Position numbers and translations under genes: made by a program. Below, piece by piece: positions 1 through 12,599 of a stretch of 64,000 bases of DNA (within the stretch, counting starts at the first letter, position 1; each line of letters begins with the position of its first letter). The notes below the pieces were generated by a model. That model was given only the letters and a program-made list of their open reading frames with translations. It was not told where the DNA came from and ran no database searches. This stretch comes from Octopus bimaculoides (lineage: Eukaryota): positions 158,274,269-158,338,268 of the forward strand of contig NC_068981.1 in assembly GCF_001194135.2 (NCBI RefSeq), written 5' to 3'.

Positions 1-46
<46 letters not shown>

Positions 47-830
47 TGAATCAACTGGAACCAGCCTATCCCACTATAATATTAACTGCTCTACATCTTA
101 GAGTGTGCTCCTCCTCTGGATTTATATATTTCTACACATGATATATATGTATGTATATCATCATACAATGTGTGGATGTTCCACTGACAGCTTCATTGAT
201 GAAGATTTAGTTGTTTGATCAACTGAGTTATTTGCTTAATAAATTAGCATGTAAGTCGCTGAGTATCCCACAGTCATATATACCATTAACGTAATTCTGA
301 GACAGAATCAGAATAACACAGTGTGTGACAAGGCAGCTTCTTTGAATTATAGATATATTCCATCTGATGAGCTTCTATATACTTATTCCTACCCAAGTTC
401 TTGCACAAAATAGGGCCAAGCTAAGATTGATGAATTTGTTTTAACTGAAAAAATGGGAAAACATACGAAAAATTCTCAGTAGTACCAGAAAGTAAACTCA
501 TTGCTACAGTGTGTGTGTGTGTCATACATGCATATATGTATATATATATGTACATACATACATACATATGTGTGTATAGATATATGTGTTTGTGTGTATA
601 TGTATGTACATACATATGTGTGTGTATATATATATATGTATATATGAGTATATATATATATGTATATATGAGTATATATATATATGTATATATGAGTATA
701 TATATGCAAAAATATATATTTATATACGTATATGTATGTACATACATATATAAGTACATACATATATGTATATATATATGTGTGTCTGTGTGTGTGTGTA
801 TAATGTATATAAATTTAGATATGTTTCAAC
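1..830. repeat. (TA)n and compound TA/TG microsatellite tracts, representative of dozens in the window; most N gaps are bordered by them
   Basis: (TA)n 1-43; compound tract 505-810. Others include (TATC)n/(ATCA)n ~11930-12015, (GAT)n ~51470-51510, (GTAT)n ~55380-55436 and (GA)n ~36790-36850. Confidence 0.97.
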
Positions 831-2217
831 CAAAGATTGGTCCAGGCCATGTCTAACTTAATAGCACCACTTGATAGGATTATCTAAACCCTTTTTAAGT
901 TTGTTTATGGTCCATTCAAGTAGTGAGTTCTTGTTGAGTGAATTGTATCCAGGTGGCTTATCTGGCATTCCTTGAAGAAATCTATCTAAGCTTCATTTAA
1001 AGCTGATAGGATCCTTTTCCTCTTTTGTCTGTTTTGGGACAACCTTAAACAGGGCAAGGCCTGTTGAGGAAAAGAAATTATGCTGCAGTGTACCTATATG
1101 TTGTGATACTGAATTGGGCAGGAAACGTATGTCCTGTGGTCCCAGCCTTGGATGAACCTTGAAACTAATGTTCAGGTCATTTGGGCAATACTGGCAGTAT
1201 ATTCTCCACATCGTACAGATGATGTACTGCTCGCAGCAACACTGGAGAGAGCAGAGCTTCAAGACTTTAAGGCAGTCCCAGTAATCAAGATCAGTCATGC
1301 CTTCAATTCATTTAGTGAGTGCCCTCTGGGGTGATTCAATCCTTGAGATGTTTTGTTTTGTATGGGGAGACCACAAGGGGTAGCAGTATTCAAGGTGTAG
1401 CCGTACAAAGGAGGAGAAAAGTGGTTCCCCTGAAGGAAGAGAGTATGGCTGTTTTAGTATAGACTTTCTTCCAAAATGCATCAGCTCAAATTTTCCCTCG
1501 TTCAGTTGCATTTTGTTTTTGTCTGCCCATTGATGATTAGTGTCATCAGCAAATATTTTCACTTTGCATTGATTTACAACACTGGAAAGGTCATTTATGT
1601 AAATTATAAAGAGGAGCGGGCCCAAGACAGTCCCCTGAGGGACACCACTGGCGACTTTTGCTGGGCTTGAGTGGACTCCATCGACCACAACTTCATGTGT
1701 TCTATTCTCCAAGAAATACTTAATCCAGTGTAGACATTTTCCACGGATTCCAACATTTGCCAATTTTGAGAGTAAGATATTATGGTCAACCCTGTCGAAC
1801 ACTTTACTGAAGTCAAGATATATGACATCAGAGTTCGAACCTGTTCCCAAGGCTTTAAGTATATCTTCAATGTGGTGTAAGAGTTGTGTTAGACAGTCCC
1901 TGCCACAGCGAAAGCCATGCAGGTTTGCATTTAGGAGTTTGTGGGTCTCCAGGAAGTCAGCTCACCTTGATCTTACCACCCTTCAAACACATCAATGATG
2001 TGGGAGGTGAGTGAAATTTAGCGATAGTTGACTGTGAGGGATCTGTTTCCCTGTTTGAAAACCGGGATGACAGACTGGGATAGAAGCTGTTTCGGTATAT
2101 AACCTGAATCTAAAGAATTTCTCCAGAGGTTGGTCAGAGGGACTGCAAGTTGGTGTCTACATTCCTTCGGGAGACTTGCAGGAATCTATCAGGGTCTACA
2201 GCAGAATAGTATTTGAC
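830..2217 (-). mobile_element. CR1/L2-group LINE, ORF2 reverse transcriptase fragment (decayed, 5'-truncated)
   Basis: YLDFSKVFDRVDHNILLSKL...SGVPQGTVLGPLLFIIYINDL...KIFADD; upstream NANLHGFRCGRDCLTQLL; frameshifts and stops. Confidence 0.93.
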
Positions 2218-2275
2218 CTCATTTATTTACATACAACACCACCCCTCAAAAATTTAATCATATATAAAAATCACC

Positions 2276-2608
2276 ATGGTTCCCAAACGCCAACTACTCA
2301 GAGAGTGTAGTGGGTGCTTTTTACGTGCCACCGGCACGAAGGCCAGTCAGGCGGTACTGGCAACGGCCACGCTCAAAATGGTGTATTTTATGTGTCACCC
2401 GCACAAGAGCCAGTCCAGGGGCACCAGCAACGATCTCGCTCGAAAGTCCTTACACATGCCACGGGTACAAGTGCCAGAAAGGCGACGCTGGGCACAGGTG
2501 CCATCGCAATTTCGCTTTCGCTTGCCCCAATAAGTCTTCGCAAGCTGAGTTTCGTGTCCAATGAGGGAGACGACGTTGGCATGGGTGCCAGACGTCAAAT
2601 TTAACTCG
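2276..2608 (-). mobile_element. RTE LINE 3'-UTR fragment with internal tandem units
   Basis: Matches the 3' UTR of the long RTE copy (35340-35825) and the copy at 45830-46520; runs into an N gap. Confidence 0.75.
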
Positions 2609-2785
2609 NNNNNNNNNNNNNNNNNNNNNNNNNNNNNNNNNNNNNNNNNNNNNNNNNNNNNNNNNNNNNNNNNNNNNNNNNNNNNNNNNNNNNNNNNNNN
2701 NNNNNNNNNNNNNNNNNNNNNNNNNNNNNNNNNNNNNNNNNNNNNNNNNNNNNNNNNNNNNNNNNNNNNNNNNNNNNNATATATG

Positions 2786-2828
<43 letters not shown>

Positions 2829-4349
2829 ATAGGTATGTATATACATACATGCATACATACATACATACACACATACATATATTATTGTCAGCATCATCTT
2901 TTGAATGACCACTTTTCATGCTCACATGTGTCACATGAACTTTGTTGACTCTGATTTCCCTTGGCTGGATGCCCTTCCCCTTGCCATCTCTCACCTGTTT
3001 TTAAGCTCAGTAATATTTTCCCAGGCCAGACATGTTTTGCTCTGAAGACTGGAAATAAACAACACTGCTTGTTAGATGGTGATACTCATACACAATCATC
3101 ACATGATGTCTAGACAAAAGTACACAAAAACACACTCGCATGCATATATACATATGTATATATATAAAATAAGCTTTTTTCAGTTTCTCTTTACCAAATC
3201 CACTTACAATGCTTTGGTCAGCCTGAATCTTGTCCAAGGTGTCACACAATGAGACTAAACCCAAGACCACAGAATTGGGAAGCAAGCTTTCTCCTTCATG
3301 GCCATGCCTGCAGGTGGATGGATAAATGAATCTATTCATTCACTCACTCTGAGAGAGAGAGATAGAAAGAGAGTTAATGAGAATCCAGAATTTAATGAAC
3401 TTTATCAACTTCAAATAGATGAAAGGTAAAGTTGGTCTTCAAGATATTTGAAACCAAAATGCAATGTGTTGGAAGACTTGTAACTCAATACATGCTTTGT
3501 AATTGACATGCTAAATTTTGTTTCTGTTACTTCATGCCTAGAAATGCCTGAAGGAAAGATGCACATGACTTCTATATTGCTCCCTCCAGGCAATGCAATG
3601 AGTACCTAAGAAAACATGATTTTGCTAATGACATGTGAGGTGCAGCTCTGTGATTTACAAACACCACAAGCTGTCTAGTCTGATAAGAACTCATCAGAAT
3701 GCTGGATTGAATAGAAAGTAAATTAATTGTTGGCATTCTGGAAATCGAATGGCGATGGAGCAATTAGCAACTGCCTGTTTAAGCAAGCTTCAATGACCAA
3801 TATAATCAACAGCAGTGATGGTATATGAAAGAATCAGTGAAATGTGTGTGTGCTTGTATAATATCTATTAAAAGATGAGTCTGTATGATTCGCTTCTCAA
3901 AGTTTTTGTGTAATTGTAAATCACACTACCATTTTGTGTGTATGTGTGTGTGTTGTCCATTTGTTTAATTAATGTCTGTTTTTGTAATCTTGTATGGCTT
4001 GGATGGTATTGATTTCGAGGCAGGATTTTATAGCAGGAAGCTCTTCTTTTAACAATCCTCACCTGTTTTACAGGCAAGTGATTTCTATATTTCACAGATC
4101 TTTGAAAGCACTGAGCAACTGGTCATAATACCAGCAAAGATAGTCGACATTAGCACCTCTTTGTTCAAACACTGACAAGCAAATATCAACATTTATGTGG
4201 TTTTGTGTGCCTCTTTACCGAACAAGCTTGATAGGGTTGCCAATTTTGTTGCTGATGGTCCAACCATGTAACAGTTTGTACTGAGTTACATGTTACCAGT
4301 AGCACTAAGAATGACCTGACAGTTTTTTTACGCAAATGTATACATTATA

Positions 4350-4756
4350 GGCGTGGGAGTGGCTGCGTGGTAAGTAGCTTGCTTACGAACCTCATGGTTC
4401 CGGGTTCAGTCCCACTGTGTGGCACCTTGGGCAAGTGTCTTCTACTATAGCCTCGGGCCGACCAAAGCCTTGTGAGTGGATTTGGTAGACGGAAACTGAA
4501 AGAAGCCCATCATATTTATATATATATATATATATGTATGTATGTGCATGTATATGTTTGTGTGTCTGTTTGTCCCCCCAACATCGCTTGACAACCGATG
4601 CTGGTGTGTTTACATCCCTGTAACTTAGCGGTTCGGCAAAAGAGACCGATAGAATAAGTACTAGGCATCCAAAGAATAAGTCTTGGGGTCGACTTGCTCG
4701 ACTAAAGGCGGTGCTCCAGCATGGCCACAGTCAAATGAGTGAAACAAGTAAAAGAT
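4350..4756 (+). mobile_element. tRNA-headed SINE family A (head GGAGTGGCTGYGTGGTAAG, core CCTTGGGCAAGTGTCTTCTACTATAGC, internal microsatellite, tail GAAACAAGTAAAAGA); well-preserved copy
   Basis: A-box/B-box-like head (TGGCTGCGTGGTAA; GGTTCAGTCCC). Homologous copies at about 6215-6580(-), 7610-8010(+), 10745-11070(-), 13970-14310(-), 14830-15235(-), 18562-18945(-), 31945-32625(+), 44810-45140(-) and further partial copies. Confidence 0.88.
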
Positions 4757-5009
4757 TACAAGAGTATTATTCAGAGTGGGATTAGTCCTGTAAAGGGCCT
4801 TTCCTCACTTTAAAAAGCTTCAAACCCAGACACTGCTGGACTTATAACTTCTTTTAAACATTTCTATTATATGTTGCATAATAAGGTTGGCCATGGAAAA
4901 TTATGGATAATTTACAGACTAATGGCAATAATGGCTATGGAACCAGTAGTGAATGGGTTTCAACTTGGCTGGTGTCCTAGGGCACTACAACCTGGGCTCA
5001 GCTGTCATC

Positions 5010-5530
5010 TTATCACTGTAACGAAGTTCAGATCTTTGAATATTTGTTGTTGGAATATTTGCACCTTCTTAAATTATGAGTCCTGTGCAACACTCCCCAA
5101 AAGAAGAGCAACGCTTTTAGCAAAGGAGCTACAGTGATATAACTTGGATTTAATGGCCTTGTCTGAAACAAAATTCTCTGAAGAGGGTCACTTCATAAAA
5201 CAGTTTGCTGGTTATTTGTTTTATTGGAGTGGGAGAGCAGGTGGGTACAAGAGAAATGGTAGTGTAGTATTTGAGCTAAAGAATTTCACATTTTCTGGGT
5301 TGAAAGAGTTTCCATGTGGATTTACTGATTGCCTGATGTCAATTAGGTATCAGCAGAACTGATCCCCTAGTGAATGTCTAGAGTCTAACCATGTGTTCCT
5401 CTGAAAGATGAAAAACTAGCATTTTATCTTTCCCTAAATGAGCTTGTGTGCAAGATGCCTTGATTTGATAAAGTTATGATACATGGTGACATCTATGCTA
5501 GAGTTGGCAAGGATTACCAAATCCGGGATG
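5010..5530 (+). mobile_element. RTE-clade LINE APE endonuclease remnant (different subfamily from the 33-35 kb element)
   Basis: LNICCWNICT...RRATLLAKELQ*YNLDLMALSETKFSEEG...GYLFYWSG...later HGDIYARVGKD; APE motifs with stops. Confidence 0.8.
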
Positions 5531-5847
5531 TAATTAGAAAACAAAATCAGAAAGTGTATATACGAGTGTGCATGTGTGTGCACATGTGTTCTTGCTTGTG
5601 TTTCTGTGTATTTGTTTACATTTGCTCTTCCAAAACTTATGAGCTGCAATCATTTATGATGATGTCATTTTCCACCAAACTATATGCAGGTGTTGTGCTT
5701 TAAAAGACATTTTGAAGAAACAATCCCTTGCTTGAAAAACAGGTAAGGAGTTGTGACAGGAAAGTCATCCAGCTGTAAAACAGTAGCTCGATAATATATC
5801 AGCCTAACACATACTCACATGGAAAAATGGACATAAAAATAAACAAT

Positions 5848-5885
<38 letters not shown>

Positions 5886-6899
5886 CCAGAGTCTCCGTTA
5901 ATCCTAATTAATGTATTTTTTCTTTTGTTTTTATCCCTTTTGGTCTGTATCTTGTGTTCTTGAAGACTATGTAATTCTTAGTTTCCTCCTGTTCTCAATC
6001 AGTTTTCCTTAATGCTTGTAATTGTATCTCAACCTGGACTGACCTTAATTTATTAAATTGCATATTGATATGTACACACACAGCTCCTTATACTCACATC
6101 ACTCATTTATGAACAGCTTTCAACCCCAATTCTCATATTCAAAACTCTGATGTATCTAGAAGCACTTTTGCTATTCTCATTGTATGTTAACTTAAGTGTA
6201 TGTGTGTGTGTGTATTATTTTACTTGTGTCAGTCATTTGACTGTGGCCATGCTAAAGCACCACCTTGAAGGGTTTTTAGTTGAACAAATTGACCCCAAGG
6301 CCTTTTTTTCTTAAGCCTAGTACTTATTCTATATTTTGCTGAACTGGTAAGTTATGAGGGTGTAAACACACCAATACCAGTTATCAAGTGGCAATGGGGG
6401 GAGACAAACAAAGACACACATGGATAGATATATACATATATACAATGGGCTTCTTTCAGTTTCCGTCTACCAAATCCACTCACAAGGCTTTAGTCAGCCT
6501 GAGGCTATAGTAGAAGGCACTTGCCCAAGGTGTCCCACTCTGGGACTAAACACAGAACCATGTGGCTGGGAAGCAGGCTAGCAATTTCTGGGGAGTAGGT
6601 ATGTTGATTACATCGACTCCAGTACTCAGCTGGTATATATTTTACTGATCCTGAAAGGATAAAAGGCAAAGTCAACCTCAACAGAATTTGAACTCAACAT
6701 GTTTATATATGTTAACAACAATAAATATAGGTTTATATAAAGAAAAATATTTTGCCTGTGAAATTAATTGAACCTAGGAAGTATGAGTCAATGCAGCTCA
6801 TTGTGTTACATGAAGTTTACTACTGTAAGTCAAGAAGATTTGATTTCAGACAGGAAATGGTTTAATGATGACTAATTACTCAATGATTTTTTATACACA

Positions 6900-7285
6900 G
6901 CAGGAGTGGCTGTGTGAGTAAGAACATTACTTCCTGACCATGAGGTTTTGGGTTTAGTCCCACTGTGTGGCACCTTGGGCAGGTGCCTCCTACTATAGCT
7001 CCAGGTCAACTAAAGCCTTGTGAAGAATTTGGTTCATGGAAACTGAAAGAAGCCTGTTTTGTATGTGTGTGTGTGTGTGTTATCATGGCATCACATAGTG
7101 ATTGTAAACAAGCGTATTCATTTTCAGTCGTCAGTAAAAAGTATGTTTGTCCATGGAAAACACTACTTTGCTTGGAAACAGGTAAGGATTAGAGACAAGA
7201 AGATTTAGTCATAGAAAAATCTCCCTCAACAAATTCTGCTTGACCCATGCTAACATGGAAAAGTGGATGTTAAATGACGTTGATG
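6900..7285 (+). mobile_element. SINE family A variant ending in the RTE-LINE 3' tail ((GAT)n)
   Basis: Same head and core as family A, but ends CCCATGCTAACATGGAAAAGTGGATGTTAAATGACGTTGATGA, like the RTE terminus at 35780-35825. Similar copies at about 2880-3310(-), 20510-20930(-), 50030-50520(+), 52215-52640(-). Confidence 0.75.
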
Positions 7286-8229
7286 ACTTACATGATATAT
7301 ATACATGTTTGTGTATGTATATATTATGATTCCTCTTAGCCATAGTGGTACCAATAACTTGTTATTAAAACTCAATGTACTTATACCCCACTTTATCAAT
7401 AATGTTTAGCAGCATGGAGTCTTATATAAATCATCAGATCAGAACGGAAGAAGCTATGTAATGTTAAACTATTACTCAACTCTAGCTGCACTGTTCCTTA
7501 CAGCAGAAACAGCTTTAAGTTAATGAAAGCAATTACCTAACTCCCGTTCTTTTGTCAATGGCTCGCAGTTCAATGACTATTAAAAGAGGAAAAAAATACA
7601 GCTATCATAAGCATAGGAGTGGCTGTGTGGTAAGTAACTTGCTTACCAACCACATGGTTCCAGGTTCAGTCCCACTGCGTAGCACCTTGGGCAAGTATCT
7701 TCTACTATAACCTCGGGCTGACCAAAGCCTTGTGAGTGGATTTGGTAGACGGAAACTGAAAGAAGCCCATCGTATATATGTGTATGTATGTGTCTGTGTA
7801 TGTTTGTGTGTCTGTGTTTGTCCCTCCCAACATCGCTTGACAACCGATGCTGGTGTGTTTATGTCCCCGTAACGTAGTGGTTCGGCACAAGAGACCGATA
7901 GAATAAGTACTAGGATTCCAAAGAATAAGTCCTGGGATCGATTTGCTCAACTAAAGGCAGTGCTCCAGCATGGCCACAATCAAATGACTGAAACAAGTAA
8001 ATGAGTAAAAGCGTATCTACTCTGAAGTAAGGTCAGTCACATAGCCATTAGATTTTTCCCTGCCATTATCTTCATAATTATCATTATTATTTTAAAATCT
8101 ACTTTCCTATGCTTGCATCAATCATATGGCAGTCTGTGTGTGTGTGTGTGTGTGTGTACATGCAAGTAAGCACAGAGATGCAAGACAAGATGGAAGAAAA
8201 TAGCACTAGAATACCGAAAGTAGAGTAAT

Positions 8230-8437
8230 ATGCTTTTATTAAAGTTGCAAAATTACCACAAGACTGTTACTCAGAGTTTCACATTCCCAGTTGTCAGACA
8301 GTTGTGATGAATACTGAATTTAGAATTTCAGTTTTAAAATACAATTTTAATTCAGTATTCATCACAACTGTCCAACAAACTGGAACATGAAACTCTGAGT
8401 AACAGTTTTGTGATCAATTTGTAGCTTTAATAAAAGC

Positions 8438-8439
<2 letters not shown>
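8230..8439. repeat. Fold-back element (~90-bp inverted arms) carrying two decayed minimal hammerhead-ribozyme-like motifs; probably Penelope-derived
   Basis: Arms ~8230-8321 and ~8348-8439 are reverse complements with scattered mismatches; see findings for the motif parse. Confidence 0.8.
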
Positions 8440-8472
<33 letters not shown>

Positions 8473-8939
8473 NNNNNNNNNNNNNNNNNNNNNNNNNNNN
8501 NNNNNNNNNNNNNNNNNNNNNNNNNNNNNNNNNNNNNNNNNNNNNNNNNNNNNNNNNNNNNNNNNNNNNNNNNNNNNNNNNNNNNNNNNNNNNNNNNNNN
8601 NNNNNNNNNNNNNNNNNNNNNNNNNNNNNNNNNNNNNNNNNNNNNNNNNNNNNNNNNNNNNNNNNNNNNNNNNNNNNNNNNNNNNNNNNNNNNNNNNNNN
8701 NNNNNNNNNNNNNNNNNNNNNNNNNNNNNNNNNNNNNNNNNNNNNNNNNNNNNNNNNNNNNNNNNNNNNNNNNNNNNNNNNNNNNNNNNNNNNNNNNNNN
8801 NNNNNNNNNNNNNNNNNNNNNNNNNNNNNNNNNNNNNNNNNNNNNNNNNNNNNNNNNNNNNNNNNNNNNNNNNNNNNNNNNNNNNNNNNNNNNNNNNNNN
8901 NNNNNNNNNNNNNNNNNNNNNNNNNNNNNNNNNNNNNNN

Positions 8940-8990
<51 letters not shown>

Positions 8991-9802
8991 GTTTGTATTT
9001 GTGCGTATGTTTGTCCCCCACCATCGTTTAACAACCAATGTTGGTGTGTTTACATCCCTGTAATTAAGCGGTTCAGTGAAAGAGACCAATAGAATAAGTA
9101 CTAGGCTTACAAAGAATAAGTCCTGGAGTCGATTTGTTCGACTAAATGCAGTGCTCCAGCATGGCCGCAGTCAGATGAGTAAAACAAGTAAAAGAATATA
9201 TATATATATATATATATATGGACACGGGGGGGGGGGGACACTGTCCCTATATAGCTGAGTGTGTTAATTCTTCCAACCATTCATTGTTTGCAAGTAACTA
9301 ATGAACATGATTTCCCTCATTCAAGAAACTTGTCAGTTGACATTGAGAGCTAAAAGAAAAAAACTTGAGATAACTTCAGTGTTTTAAGTCATCTTAGAAT
9401 AGTATGGTACTACAAATCCCTGTATTCAGTTTCTTCTATTTCTTCCAAAAATGTTTGAAATTCATAATGATTGAGTGCATGCAATCAAATGAAATTCTCT
9501 GATGATACAACTGGTTATATCACTCAAGGTTAGATTCAACTGTTTTCTACAAAGTTTCTGCCAATGAATGATATCCTGATATACCCCATACTCTCACAAA
9601 TTACCTAGACTTTTCCAATAAAACTTTGTCTGGCTGTGTGGTTAAGAAACTTGCTCTCAGCCACATGGTTTTGGATTCAGTCTCACTGTATGGAACACTG
9701 GGCAAATGTCATATACTATAGGCCCAGAACAACCAATGTCTTGTGAGTGAAATTGGTTACTAGAAACTATATGGAAGCCAGCGAGCTGGCAGAACTATAT
9801 AA

Positions 9803-10024
9803 AGGCAGCAAGCTGGCAGAAACGTTAGCATGCCGGGCAAAATGCTTAGCAGTATTTCGTCTGCTGTTACGTTCTGAGTTCAAATTCTGCCTAGGTCGAC
9901 TTTGCCTTTCATCCTTTCAGGGTTGATTAAATAAGTACCAGTTACGCACTGAGGTCGATATAATCGACTTAATCCCTTTGTCTGTCCCCTCTATGTGTAG
10001 CCCCTTGTGGGCAGTAAAGAAATA
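9803..10024 (+). mobile_element. tRNA-headed SINE family B (GGCRRYGAGCTGGCAGAA...GAGGTCGACTTTGCCTTTCATCCTTTCRGGGTCGATAAA...), nested in a family A copy
   Basis: Near-identical to 50737-50968; flanked by duplicated AGAAACTATATGGAAGCC (9762-9779, 10025-10042). Confidence 0.85.
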
Positions 10025-11930
10025 AGAAACTATATGGAAGCCTGTCATATATATATGTGTGTGCATTCAGTCCACTCAGCTGGCAAAAATAATCCTGCGA
10101 TATACCGGCATCCTGTCCAGATGGGGAATATATATACCATTGAAACCAGGAAACCAGCCCTCATGAGCCTGGCATAACTCAAGAAGGAAACATTTATTTA
10201 TTTATGTATGTGTATATGAGGGGATGCTGAAAATTTCCTGACTTGGAGTAAAAGAAAATATGATTTTACTCAACATATTCCCCTCTCAGGGGTTTTTGCA
10301 TTGGTCTTTCAGGTTTTCTAAGCTCTGTAAAAGAATTTGGACGGTTGGGCCTCCAACCGGGCCTTTTGCAGTATCCTTAAAACCAGGAACTTTTCAGCAC
10401 TCTCACATATATANNNNNNNNNNNNNNNNNNNNNNNNNNNNNNNNNNNNNNNNNNNNNNNNNNNNNNNNNNNNNNNNNNNNNNNNNNNNNNNNNNNNNNN
10501 NNNNNNNNNNNNNNNNNNNNNNNNNNNNNNNNNNNNNNNNNNNNNNNNNNNNNNNNNNNNNNNNNNNNNNNNNNNNNNNNNNNNNNNNNNNNNNNNNNNN
10601 NNNNNNNNNNNNNTATATATATATGTGTGTGTGTGTGTGTTTGTGTTTGTATGCCCCCACTGCTTGATAGCTGGTATTAGTTTGTTTATGTCTCCATAAT
10701 TTAGTACTTCAGCAAAAGCGACTGATAGAATTCTTTTATTCTGTTATTCTTTTACTTGTTTCAGTCATTTGACTGTGGCCATGCTGGAGCACCACCTTGA
10801 AGGATTATAGTCAAATAATTTTACTTCAGGACTTATTATTTTGAAACCTAGTACCTATTCTGTTGTTCTCTTTTGCTGAACTGCTAAGTTACAGGGATGT
10901 AAGCCCACCAGCACTGGTTGGCAAGCAGTGAGTAAGGAGGAACAGACACACACGCTGGCCTAAGGTTAGGGTATAAGACACTTGCCCAAAGTACCACACG
11001 GTCGTACTTGAACCTGGAACCATGTGGTTGGGAGGCAAGCCTCTTACCTCATAGCCATGCCTGCACCTATGTATTAGACTTCAGAAAAAAAAAAAAAAAG
11101 TAACGGGCGATTTGTTTGACTGAAACCCTTCAAGGCAGCCCTCCTGCATGGCCATGGTTCAACAACTGAAACATGTAAACAATAAAAGATATCAGTTGTA
11201 ATTCACTGTAGCAGTTTCCAAACCAGATTGTGCTTAGTATTTTCTGTACCATTTTGAAAATGTTTCCATCAGTAGTTCTTCCATATGTGCTGCTTGTCAG
11301 TCACATCTTTTGATGCATTAAAATCCAAAGAAAATCTTGGAACTCTTGTACTTTCTTGTTTAATTGGCACAGGAGCCTTCAGCTGTTGCTGAAGAAGTAT
11401 GACCAGAAAAAATAGATCTATGTTACTATAGTTTTCCTGTTAGTTGACAACAGTGAGACAAATCCTTTATTTGGTAATACCTATGTATTTTGTAATCCTT
11501 TAATATGAAGGATGGATAACAAGTCAAATGAGACTGGGTAGTAAGAAAAGTTAGTGGTATCAAGAAAGAGCTGCAGTTAGGAAGAACAAAGGACATCCCA
11601 GTGAAACTTCTTACAATTATGATTGGCTGATTGTATACCATCCCACTTCCATGTTTGGATTAGTGGTATCTTTTATCCTTTACTTGTTTCAGTCAATAGA
11701 CTGCAGCTATGCTGGGGTACCACCTTGATATTTTTGTTGATTTTCCTTTGCTATGATGGACTTCAGCATCGCAGCCTATTGCTATTTCTGTTTTAATTAT
11801 GGTGTAACCTGAAGATTTGAGAGATTCATGTAACATATTACACAATCTTATGTAACATGCTTACTCACATCATCATCATAAAATTTCTTAATGGAATATT
11901 TATAAATATACCATAAAATTCATTTGTCTG

Positions 11931-11988
<58 letters not shown>

Positions 11989-12060
11989 ATCAATCAATCA
12001 ATCAATCAATCAATCATATAAGACAAGGGACAAGGTATAAATAATAATCATTACATATTT

Positions 12061-12580
12061 ATTACAGTAAATTTGACTTGCAGCTGTTTCCTCTAGGTTC
12101 ATTATAGGTACATTATTGATAGGTTTACTCATTTGGTCCATTGATCAGTTGAGAAAAATTGAAGGACCTAAAAAGTTAATGCTACTTTCCTCAGAGTCGT
12201 TTCTGGCTATGACAAAGCAGAACTGAAGCAATGGTAGAGGCATGGGGGTGGGGTGAAGGGAGGCAATAAGAATTAGTGTAGGTAAGTGGAAGATAGATAA
12301 AGAGGAAATGGGAAGAGAAGGAAGAAAAGAAGAGAGGAAGGAATAGAAATAATAAAGGATGCATTCTATAGAACAAAGGGCAGAGGATGGCCAAAATTAA
12401 GAAAAGGACAGTCATAAAAACATTCATATTTGTAATTAGATCATCACACACAAAAACATTTACATTGTTTTCAGGTCAGATACTTTCCAAATATTGTACA
12501 CCTATCAATAATGAGTACACCTATCAATAATGAACCTATAATGACAACTGGAAACAGCTATAAGTCAAATTTACTACAAT
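12061..12580. repeat. Inverted repeat pair (~70-bp arms at 12061-12130 and 12513-12580) around a purine-rich spacer
   Basis: RC of left arm GAGTAAACCTATCAATAATGTACCTATAATGAACCTAGAGGAAACAGCTGCAAGTCAAATTTACTGTAAT vs right arm GAGTACACCTATCAATAATGAACCTATAATGACAACTGGAAACAGCTATAAGTCAAATTTACTACAAT. Confidence 0.8.
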
Positions 12581-12599
12581 AAAGAAAATATGTCATGAT

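Noticed and set aside
421-856. ORFs rich in YI/HT/CV dipeptides (also near 2400-2990, 8360-9090, 10260-10700, 19917-20399, 55270-55560)
   Set aside because: They are translations of (TA)n/(CA)n microsatellites and N gaps, not genes.
4350-4430. tRNA genes at SINE heads (also 16411, 50737, 59884)
   Set aside because: Only A/B-box-like remnants are present; there is no complete cloverleaf, and each continues into a SINE body.
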